From positions 1-64,000 of the IMG/VR virus record IMGVR_UViG_3300031953_000004: DNA of 64,000 nucleotides; one strand, 5' to 3'. Position 1 is the stretch's first letter. Each line of letters starts with the position of its first letter. This document shows positions 1 to 6,772 of the stretch, in pieces. The translations under genes and the position numbers were made by a program. This DNA is from a virus. Taxonomy: Duplodnaviria; Caudoviricetes. The notes below the pieces were generated by a model. It was not told the DNA's origin. It was given only the letters and a program-made list of their open reading frames with translations, and did not search any database.

Positions 1-83
1 TCCCATCATGTATATGTTTAAGGGATTGCAAGGACAGTCCAAGACGGACTCTCTTTTTTCATACTTTAAATTAGATGGGGGGT

Positions 84-117
84 ACCCCAAACTTTGATTA
101 AAGGTTGGGGGTTTTTT
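84..117 (+). terminator. Intrinsic terminator-like hairpin
   Basis: ACCCCAA-ACTTT-GATT-AAAG-GTTGGGGG stem with one mismatch, followed by T6 (112-117). Confidence 0.5.
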
Positions 118-252
118 ACTATTAGCCACCAATCGCCACAGCTGCTAGAAATTTTTTATTTTTTGGTATCAGGTTGTTTGTTCATATTGCAGACACATCT
201 GCTGCAAAATTTTTTATTTTTCTGCCAATGCGGATTGTTCGACATAATGACG

Positions 253-260
253 TATGTTTG
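253..260 (+). promoter_or_regulatory. Bacteroidetes sigma70 -7 element (TATGTTTG) driving the tRNA-like unit
   Basis: Matches TAnnTTTG, has a TTG ~17 nt upstream, and ends 5 nt before the first tRNA-like element. Confidence 0.65.
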
Positions 261-265
261 TATTT

Positions 266-362
266 GCAGAGGTGTCGAAATTGGTAGCCGAGCGAGATAC
301 TCGTGTGGAATAGGTTATAAGCTGGTAACCCCATTTTGTAGGTTCGACTCCTGCCCTCTGTA
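266..362 (+). ncRNA. tRNA-like RNA (Leu/Ser type) lacking an anticodon loop
   Basis: Acceptor GCAGAGG/CCTCTGT, D arm TCG-AAATTGGTAGC-CGA, T arm GTAGG-TTCGACT-CCTGC, discriminator A. The anticodon arm is reduced to CGAG-ATA-CTCG, the variable arm is ~30 nt, and there is no encoded CCA (CAA instead). Confidence 0.75.
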
Positions 363-367
363 CAAGG

Positions 368-448
368 TCAATTGGTTGGAGAGTCCGACAGGTAATGGCT
401 CATCGAGGTACACGATGGTAATGGGTTCGAATCCCACAGACTGGTTGA
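368..448 (+). ncRNA. Second degenerate tRNA-like element
   Basis: T arm TGGG-TTCGAAT-CCCA, anticodon-like stem CATCG/CGATG with 7-nt loop AGGTACA (GTA centre, no U33), possible D arm GTC...GGC, GU-rich terminal stem 368-377/439-448. Confidence 0.5.
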
Positions 449-456
449 TAACATAG

Positions 457-484
457 ATCCCGGGGCCTCTCGGGATTTATTTTT
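457..484 (+). terminator. Intrinsic terminator closing the tRNA-like unit
   Basis: ATCCCGGG-GCCT-CTCGGGAT followed by TTATTTTT. Confidence 0.75.
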
Positions 485-540
485 ATAAATAAGTTGGTAG
501 ATGGTTGCGACATATTGACGGAATGTTATATATTCGTGAA

Positions 541-861
541 ATGGAAAAACAAAGATGCACTTGTAAGCCACCGATACACACGACTGTCCGAGCGGATGGT
601 GTTATATGCTGTTGTGATTGCGATAAGCCCTCTGGTGGCATATCTGATTGGGATAAGGCGCTTATAACTGATATAGAAAAGTTTCGAACTAAGACACAAG
701 AGGTAATGGGCGATATCATTGTAAAAACATTTTCGGAGCTTAATGAGCGTAAGTTGCGGTACAGTAGAACGATTACTTCTACTGGCGTGGATATTGACGA
801 TTATGCTGATTGGGAGTTGGCTCCTGAGAGCAGGGTGTTCAATGCGTATGATATAAAATAA
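541..861 (+). CDS. Hypothetical protein with Cys-rich (Zn-binding-like) N-terminus
   Basis: ORF 505..861; ATG 541 preferred because promoter-like TATATTCG lies at 529-536; CTC...CCCDC motif. Confidence 0.6.
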   Translation: MEKQRCTCKPPIHTTVRADGVICCCDCDKPSGGISDWDKALITDIEKFRTKTQEVMGDIIVKTFSELNERKLRYSRTITSTGVDIDDYADWELAPESRVFNAYDIK

Positions 862-936
862 ATTATTAACAGAAATCCCCCCGGAGAAGATGAGAGAAGG
901 TTATGTGTATGGGAAGGAGTTGGAGAGATTACAGGT

Positions 937-1107
937 ATGATATTATTGTTATTGTCTATTTTCTTATTGTTATGGCTATTGGGATTGTTATTGCCCTTTG
1001 GTGTTTGTGGTAGTGGTGGTAGTATATGGGGTTATATGCTCGCAGGATGTTGCGGGCTTTTTTGTGGAATAAAATCAATTAAAACGAGTATATATGGAAG
1101 AAGATAA
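937..1107 (+). CDS. Possible small membrane protein (56 aa, not in ORF track)
   Basis: Manual translation MILLLLSIFLLLWLLGLLLPFG...; ATGA overlap with a 16-codon upstream ORF (890-940). Confidence 0.35.
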   Translation: MILLLLSIFLLLWLLGLLLPFGVCGSGGSIWGYMLAGCCGLFCGIKSIKTSIYGRR

Positions 1108-1393
1108 GTTACAGACTATTGTATTGAAGAAGGGGGATTATTTGGTGGAGCACTTGCCAAATTTCTTTCGGAAGAAGGACAGCAACAAGTTCAGTTCCAA
1201 GTTACGGGAGGTGGAGAATTGTTTTGTCGGGAAGATCCAAAAAGCACAGCCGGGGCATCAGGACAGGGTTGGGATGCTGGTGTATTACCTGAAGGACGTG
1301 TGTCCCGTGATCGAATTGCCTGAGATCGGGGAGTACCACGTGGTCAATGAGGCGTATGTTATATTGTTTCAATCGAATATCAATAATTATTAA
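1094..1393 (+). CDS. Divergent GroES-like co-chaperonin (Cpn10)
   Basis: 99 aa; GDYLVE / GKIQKAQPG / RVGMLVYY / GEYHVVNEAYVIL follow the GroES pattern DRVLV / GEVVAVGPG / KVGDKVLF / GEEYLILRESDIL; groEL lies 0.9 kb downstream. Confidence 0.6.
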   Translation: MEEDKLQTIVLKKGDYLVEHLPNFFRKKDSNKFSSKLREVENCFVGKIQKAQPGHQDRVGMLVYYLKDVCPVIELPEIGEYHVVNEAYVILFQSNINNY

Positions 1394-1411
1394 TCAATTA
1401 AATATTTTAAG

Positions 1412-2290
1412 ATGGCAAAAAAGAAAGTTATTTCAGACACAACAGCAAAGAAAACGGTGAAGACCGACAATCGCTTGGAGCAGATCCAAGATGGGAATTT
1501 AAAAGACTTCAAGATTGAGGTTGACAAGATCGATGATATTAATAAGCTTAACGAGCTTACAGAGATTGAGGCCCGGGACAACAATCGTAAGGGTGCTATG
1601 GAGATTATAGTAGATAGGGCAGAACAACTTCTCCGATCTAATAATGTTCGTGATGAAGAACAGACACCGGAACAAAAGAAAGCTATCCGTGAGTATATTG
1701 ATGGGTTGAATCAAGAAGGAAGTAGCAATGAAGAATTCCCTAAAGACCTGTCAAACGGTCCTGCTAGACCGGCCACAGAGGAAGAGATTGCCTTGTGGAA
1801 GAAAGAAGATGAGGAAAGGGAAGCAAGGGAGAAAGCAGCGATTGAAAAGGTTGTTGTGGACATCAAGGAAAAGCGGTTGGCCGTTGACAGAATGCTTTGC
1901 AAGCTACAGCATCATATGATGATCAACGAGACCCCGGAGCGCTCTTTCTTTTTGACAAAAGCGTGGTTGGGAAGCTGCCTTGGGCAATTGAATGCAGAGA
2001 ACCCGTATGCAAAGGAAGCGGAAATCAAGACTCGTAAAGACATTCCTGCTACTGCCGAGCACGATGATAGCCACGGCTTCAAAGCGGAGTGCGTAGCGTT
2101 CAATAATGTCAATGCGGAGGTTGCAGTGATCGGATTGCGTGAAGAGCTTCTTTCGGTCATTAAATTCATTGAGGAAATAAACAACTTTGATTATACCCGT
2201 GAATTTGCAATTTCCAGAACCCAGGCGTGGATAAACGCGACCGAAGCAAGATTTGCTTTGGGTGTAATCTTAGGATCTTTAAAAGTATAA
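1412..2290 (+). CDS. Phage protein with acidic N-terminus and two C-terminal helical hairpins (Acb2/Tad1-hairpin-like, tentative)
   Basis: KAWLGSCLGQLNAENPY...DIPATAE and TREFAISRTQAW...EARFALG resemble the 'RERSLAITKLQEAVMWLG...NPY' hairpin family. Confidence 0.45.
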   Translation: MAKKKVISDTTAKKTVKTDNRLEQIQDGNLKDFKIEVDKIDDINKLNELTEIEARDNNRKGAMEIIVDRAEQLLRSNNVRDEEQTPEQKKAIREYIDGLNQEGSSNEEFPKDLSNGPARPATEEEIALWKKEDEEREAREKAAIEKVVVDIKEKRLAVDRMLCKLQHHMMINETPERSFFLTKAWLGSCLGQLNAENPYAKEAEIKTRKDIPATAEHDDSHGFKAECVAFNNVNAEVAVIGLREELLSVIKFIEEINNFDYTREFAISRTQAWINATEARFALGVILGSLKV

Positions 2291-2291
2291 T

Positions 2292-3926
2292 ATGATAAAA
2301 ACCTTATATGGAGACGATGCCAGACGGAAACTGCTGTCTGGCGTTAGTCTTATCGCGAGAGCAGTAAAAGTAACATTAGGACCGAGTGGCCGGAACGCCC
2401 TTATCCGGAACGAGTTTGAGCGTAGGCCATTCTCCACCAAGGATGGGGTCACGGTAGCCGGACAGATTGGGAGTGAAGACCCCTTTGAGATGGTCGCCAT
2501 CGAGTCGATGCAGGACATCGCCAACAATGCGGATATGAAAGCTGGAGATGGTACCAGTACCGCTACGATCTTGGGAGAAGCTATCCTTGCAAGAGGTGTG
2601 GAATTCCCAACGCACCTCAACCTACTTGATATAAAAAGAGGGATTGACGAGGCTGTATTGATTGTCGTGGAGCAGCTGCATAAACGTGCGGTGATCATCA
2701 AGGATGATGATGCCAAGCTGAAACAGGTGGCACTGATAGCCTCCAACTACGATGAGGAATGTGCGGACATTGTATTTGATGCCTTTCAGGTAGCCAAGAA
2801 CCAGGGGATTGCAAGGATAGCACGATCACGTACGTATGATACCTATCTGGAAACCATCGAAGGGATGGTATTACCTATGGGGTACCGGTCAAGGGCCTTT
2901 GTGAACGACTATGAAACCGATACGGCCGTATTGAAGGAACCGTATGTGTTTATGACCAACACCAGGGTCAGTGATGTATCTGACAATATGGACTTCTTGT
3001 TATCACATATTGCGGAGCACGACCTCTCGCTGATGATCATCTGCAAGGAGATCGACCCACATATCCTTGCGATGCTTGCCGAGGAAGCCGCAAGGAAGCG
3101 CATCAATGTATGCGTATGCAGGGCACCGGGTTTCGGGAACGAACAAGAGGAACTGCTGAGAGATCTGGGAGTGATCCTTGGGAAACAACCGTTCATCGAG
3201 AACGAGGGATTAGAGTTTGACAAGCTTGCCCACGAAGATATTATGGGGCATATCCCACAATGTCTGGAAATCACGGTAGGAGAACAAACCACCGCTTTCA
3301 AGGAGGCTTTCGTCGATGAGGCTGTTGCCAGTGATATCGAGAAGGCGATCGAGGGAAGGGCGAACAAGCTTCGGGAAGAGGTGATCAATGCCAAGACCCC
3401 TTATGAGATATCTTTGTTGCAAGCGAGGATATCAAGGCTTACGGATGGTATCGCTGCTATCTTCATCGGTGCAAGGAGCGATACTGAATATACCGAGAAA
3501 CAAGCGAGGATCCAAGATGCGCTTTATGCGATCAAGGCAGCTTATCAGGAAGGGGTGATCCCCGGAGGTGGAGCTGCATTGCTGTCACTTTCCAAGCTGG
3601 ATTTTGATTCAAAATCAGGAAATGAGAGTATCGCCTATGGCGCAGAAATTGTCTTTAAAGCTATCCGGGAACCGTTCTTCCAGATATTGGAGAACGTAGG
3701 AATAAATCTTAATGAAGAAGTTATTGAAGAATGCGAAAGAGAATTCAATACAGGCTTTGATGCAAAAAATCGAGGTGTTCAGCTCAATATGATCGATGCG
3801 GGCATTATGGACCCTGTGAAGGTAACACGGGTGGCTTTGGAAAATGCTGCTTCGATTGCCGGAATGATGCTGACCACGGAATGCCTGGTGGTGAATACCA
3901 AATCTTATAACCCCCACGAAGAATAA
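2292..3926 (+). CDS. groEL: Phage-encoded chaperonin GroEL (Cpn60)
   Basis: 544 aa; AVKVTLGPSGRN, TKDGVTVA, AGDGTSTAT, APGFG, IPGGG and DPVKVTRVALENAASIAGMMLTTE motifs; no GGM tail. Confidence 0.97.
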   Translation: MIKTLYGDDARRKLLSGVSLIARAVKVTLGPSGRNALIRNEFERRPFSTKDGVTVAGQIGSEDPFEMVAIESMQDIANNADMKAGDGTSTATILGEAILARGVEFPTHLNLLDIKRGIDEAVLIVVEQLHKRAVIIKDDDAKLKQVALIASNYDEECADIVFDAFQVAKNQGIARIARSRTYDTYLETIEGMVLPMGYRSRAFVNDYETDTAVLKEPYVFMTNTRVSDVSDNMDFLLSHIAEHDLSLMIICKEIDPHILAMLAEEAARKRINVCVCRAPGFGNEQEELLRDLGVILGKQPFIENEGLEFDKLAHEDIMGHIPQCLEITVGEQTTAFKEAFVDEAVASDIEKAIEGRANKLREEVINAKTPYEISLLQARISRLTDGIAAIFIGARSDTEYTEKQARIQDALYAIKAAYQEGVIPGGGAALLSLSKLDFDSKSGNESIAYGAEIVFKAIREPFFQILENVGINLNEEVIEECEREFNTGFDAKNRGVQLNMIDAGIMDPVKVTRVALENAASIAGMMLTTECLVVNTKSYNPHEE

Positions 3927-4186
3927 TGAGCACAATCAAAAAGAAGGCTTTATTGCCACCGGATGCTATTGTCGTAGAAGTGAAAAATAGCTCACAGATA
4001 CAGGAGGTAGCTTATGTACCAAGCATCAAAATGATGTACGTGAATTTTAAAAGCAACAACAGCGTGTATTCATATACGCCCGTGGAGCAAAAGAAATTCG
4101 AAACAATGATAGATTCCCCGAGCATCGGGGCCTATTTTCATAAGCATTTTAAAAAGAGCAGCGAACTGAAAGTGACATCAATATAA
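3926..4186 (+). CDS. KTSC-domain protein
   Basis: SSQIQEVAY...YVNFK-NNSVYSY..V....FETMIDSPSIGAYFHKHFK matches the KTSC pattern. Confidence 0.85.
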   Translation: MSTIKKKALLPPDAIVVEVKNSSQIQEVAYVPSIKMMYVNFKSNNSVYSYTPVEQKKFETMIDSPSIGAYFHKHFKKSSELKVTSI

Positions 4187-4243
4187 ACGAACATTTGGAC
4201 AAATATTGTCCAAATCCTAATGATAATTAAAAATATAAGAATA

Positions 4244-4531
4244 ATGGCAAAATTTAAAAAGAAACCAGTAGTGATTGATGCAATTACTTTTGAAGAGTTT
4301 GTACAATATGGAAAAGATAACGCTGAACATCTTGTAGATGGGATGCCTTGGTCTTTTGATTATAATGGATATTCTGTAACTCACGAAAATGACGAGTGTT
4401 ATCTAATACCTACACATCAAGGCACCTCTGAATTCAAAAAAGGAGATATGCTTATAACTCAGGTAGATGGAGAAATTTATCCCTGTAACGGAAAATTATT
4501 TAAAGAACTTTATACAGAAGAAAATGAGTAG
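4244..4531 (+). CDS. Widespread phage protein of the KKPVVIEA...YPCK.DIF..TY (PGDYG-like) family; possible nucleotide sponge
   Basis: KKKPVVIDAI ... IPTHQG ... GDMLITQVDGEIYPCNGKLFKELY; AT-rich relative to its neighbours; start 4220 or 4244. Confidence 0.7.
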   Translation: MAKFKKKPVVIDAITFEEFVQYGKDNAEHLVDGMPWSFDYNGYSVTHENDECYLIPTHQGTSEFKKGDMLITQVDGEIYPCNGKLFKELYTEENE

Positions 4532-4910
4532 AAAAATCAAAGACATGTCCACCCCTACACTGCTTTCGTACCAGCAGATTTTGGGAAGCTCCAATGAGAT
4601 GATGGATAATTTCGCCACGGGCATCGAGTCCATGGTCAAGGATAAAAAGATCGGAAAGGAATTTCTGGACAGCGTGATCGAGAAGCTCGGACCGAACGTG
4701 AACAAGAATTCGGACTACATCGACGAGATCGACAAGGAACTTATTTCAAGGGTTCAGCGTGACCTGCCTGGTTCTATTACCTCCAAGGTAATGACCACGT
4801 GGTACAAACGACTTCAGGAAGCTCAGGCAGCTTTTGTCAAGGACAACCCTGAACCGGAAAAGGTGGAAGAGGTCAAGAAGCCGAACTTTAAAGTCCACAA
4901 GAAGAAATGA
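4524..4910 (+). CDS. Hypothetical protein
   Basis: ORF 4467..4910, likely start MSRKIKD overlapping the end of the upstream gene; phage-like codon use. Confidence 0.7.
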   Translation: MSRKIKDMSTPTLLSYQQILGSSNEMMDNFATGIESMVKDKKIGKEFLDSVIEKLGPNVNKNSDYIDEIDKELISRVQRDLPGSITSKVMTTWYKRLQEAQAAFVKDNPEPEKVEEVKKPNFKVHKKK

Positions 4911-5215
4911 TATTCTGTGACGAAGGAGGACTAAGGATTGACAGCTTGAATTTTCCTGAGAGATATCTCCCAGGGCTTCGCAGTGAAGAAGAAGAATCAA
5001 AGCTTGATTTTCAGATACCGGACAAGTTTAAATCCAACAAGGAGAAGGCCATTTATAAAATCGGTTTTCTCCACGGGTTTTTAAAACGGCTTTATCCGGA
5101 TGAACCATACCCATCAATCGTACAGATTATGAACGATCGGTATCAGATATTCATCGGTCAAAGACAGATCGAGCGCAATGTAAAAGAGTATCTCAAAAAT
5201 GATATTTATAGATAG
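4907..5215 (+). CDS. Hypothetical protein, possible C-terminal HTH
   Basis: ATGA overlap; SIVQIMNDRYQIFIGQRQIERNVK helix-turn-helix-like pattern. Confidence 0.55.
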   Translation: MIFCDEGGLRIDSLNFPERYLPGLRSEEEESKLDFQIPDKFKSNKEKAIYKIGFLHGFLKRLYPDEPYPSIVQIMNDRYQIFIGQRQIERNVKEYLKNDIYR

Positions 5216-5220
5216 ATCGA

Positions 5221-5250
5221 ACAGGTGGTGAAAGCTACCTGTTTTTTTTT
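5221..5250 (+). terminator. Intrinsic terminator
   Basis: ACAGGTGG-TGAAAG-CTACCTGT followed by a T run. Confidence 0.85.
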
Positions 5251-5251
5251 A

Positions 5252-5259
5252 TATATTTG
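5252..5259 (+). promoter_or_regulatory. Bacteroidetes -7 promoter element TATATTTG
   Basis: TAnnTTTG immediately after the terminator and 5 nt before ATG 5265. Confidence 0.6.
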
Positions 5260-5264
5260 TTAAG

Positions 5265-5858
5265 ATGTATTTAACAAAAATTAACGCTAAAACCGGATTG
5301 GTCGATATCTCTGACGAGAACGACGGTGTCTTGGCTATAAAAGCATTTCGGGATCTCATCGATTCCAAGGACTTGGGGCTAGAGGCATTTACCGCGGTGG
5401 CGCTTTACGTTGATTACGAATCCAAGGTTCGCTTTTACAGCGAGAAAGACCGGCCACGGAAAGCCATGGAGGAAGTCACCGGGAACCGTGATGCCTTCGT
5501 ATGGAACCAGGAGTTGATACAGGCAGCATTGAAGAAGTACGATGATCTGCAATACGACCCTGTTCGGGAAGAAGGACGTCTGTACTACGAATCCAAGGTC
5601 AAGAGGTTAAAAGAATACAAGGAATCCGAAGAATACCACAGCAAGCCTAGGAACAAGGATGATGAATCTCCTGTATTGCGAAATCCCTCACAGATACGTT
5701 CCGATTTGCGGAAGATCAATGAGGATATCAAGGATTACGAAAAACAAATTCAAGGAAAAGACTTAGACAGCTCGCCCGCTGCCAAGAACGGATATAAGCT
5801 CACCAGGTTAGAGCAGAAATTGGAAAAGAAGAATTCGTTTTATAACGAAGTCCGATAA
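5265..5858 (+). CDS. Conserved crAss-like protein upstream of terL (possible terminase small subunit)
   Basis: 197 aa, helical C-terminus, position before terL; family recognised only loosely. Confidence 0.45.
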   Translation: MYLTKINAKTGLVDISDENDGVLAIKAFRDLIDSKDLGLEAFTAVALYVDYESKVRFYSEKDRPRKAMEEVTGNRDAFVWNQELIQAALKKYDDLQYDPVREEGRLYYESKVKRLKEYKESEEYHSKPRNKDDESPVLRNPSQIRSDLRKINEDIKDYEKQIQGKDLDSSPAAKNGYKLTRLEQKLEKKNSFYNEVR

Positions 5859-5886
5859 TATTGAAGGCTCTTCTTTGTTTCCCGTG

Positions 5887-5920
5887 AAGGCATCGGCATT
5901 TGTCGGTGTCTTTGCATTTT
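5887..5920 (+). terminator. Terminator-like hairpin
   Basis: AAGGCATCGGCA-TT-TGTCGGTGTCTT followed by TGCATTTT. Confidence 0.55.
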
Positions 5921-5951
5921 ATATATTATTAATATAAATAATCTAAACCAA

Positions 5952-6101
5952 ATGGGACCAACAGGAACTCTAAATGTAACAACTCCACAATTCACTATAA
6001 GTGAGCGTAAACAGGAGCAAGAACTGGAATACAAAGGACTGGAATATAAAGAACCTAAACGAGGTAAAAATAATCAGCCCAAGAAGAAGAAACGCAAATA
6101 A
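5952..6101 (+). CDS. Small basic protein (49 aa, not in ORF track)
   Basis: MGPTGTLNVTTPQ...PKKKKRK; its TAA overlaps the ATG of 6101 (TAATG). Confidence 0.6.
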   Translation: MGPTGTLNVTTPQFTISERKQEQELEYKGLEYKEPKRGKNNQPKKKKRK

Positions 6102-6421
6102 TGGCAAAAGACAGAGAATGTGTAACGACAAATGGCAGAGCGGTATTTTATGCCGCAATGTGGAACGACTTTAGACAGGCTGCAATGGATAAGGGGTGGG
6201 CTTTAGCGATTCACGGAAGTTTAGCAAACGATATGGATATAATGGCAATGCCTTGGATTGAGGGGGCTTCTCCCGCCTGGGAAATGTTAGGGGCTTTACG
6301 CAACTGTTTTGACAATCCAAAGACAATTGATGTCCATCAAACAGACGGCCCTAATAACAGGAAAATTTATACATTTTCTATTTGGGAAGATTTTTACCTT
6401 GACATAAACATTATTCGATGA
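6101..6421 (+). CDS. Minimal Pol-beta-superfamily nucleotidyltransferase-like protein
   Basis: hG[S]xxxDxD signature GWALAIHGSLANDMDIMAMPW; candidate third Asp in FYLDINI. Confidence 0.65.
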   Translation: MAKDRECVTTNGRAVFYAAMWNDFRQAAMDKGWALAIHGSLANDMDIMAMPWIEGASPAWEMLGALRNCFDNPKTIDVHQTDGPNNRKIYTFSIWEDFYLDINIIR

Positions 6422-6762
6422 TATCTAAGAAATATAAAACCCCTCTTTATGGAACGCCGTTCACTATAATTATTTATAATTCAGAGAAAGAATTTAACGA
6501 TAAATTCAAAGACGATATTTTTGACCCACCGATCTATAATTGTGATGGCGCTGTATTTGAAAGAAAGGATCAATTATATATTGTGTTTTCCGCGGAAAAG
6601 AAGGGATATCCTACACCTGGAATTATTGCTCACGAGGCTAAACATTTAGTAAATAGTATATTCCTTGACATCGGTTACGATTTAGACCGATACAATGACG
6701 AGCCGGAAGACTATTTATTGGGATGGATAGTAAATCGAATACACGAGATTTTACCAAAATAA
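6418..6762 (+). CDS. Small zincin-like metallopeptidase
   Basis: IIAHEAKH motif with downstream DEPEDYLLGW (third ligand E). Confidence 0.65.
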   Translation: MISKKYKTPLYGTPFTIIIYNSEKEFNDKFKDDIFDPPIYNCDGAVFERKDQLYIVFSAEKKGYPTPGIIAHEAKHLVNSIFLDIGYDLDRYNDEPEDYLLGWIVNRIHEILPK

Positions 6763-6772
6763 ATGCCCCCCT

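Noticed and set aside
266-448. Calling the two RNAs ordinary tRNA-Leu and tRNA-Tyr, or tmRNA/Y RNA
   Set aside because: Anticodon loops are missing or non-canonical; there is no G3:U70 or tag ORF for tmRNA; the arm order is not the permuted YrlA type
94-456. 120-aa ORF and other short ORFs over the tRNA-like region
   Set aside because: They overlap the structured RNAs, lack a credible start or homology, and look like chance ORFs
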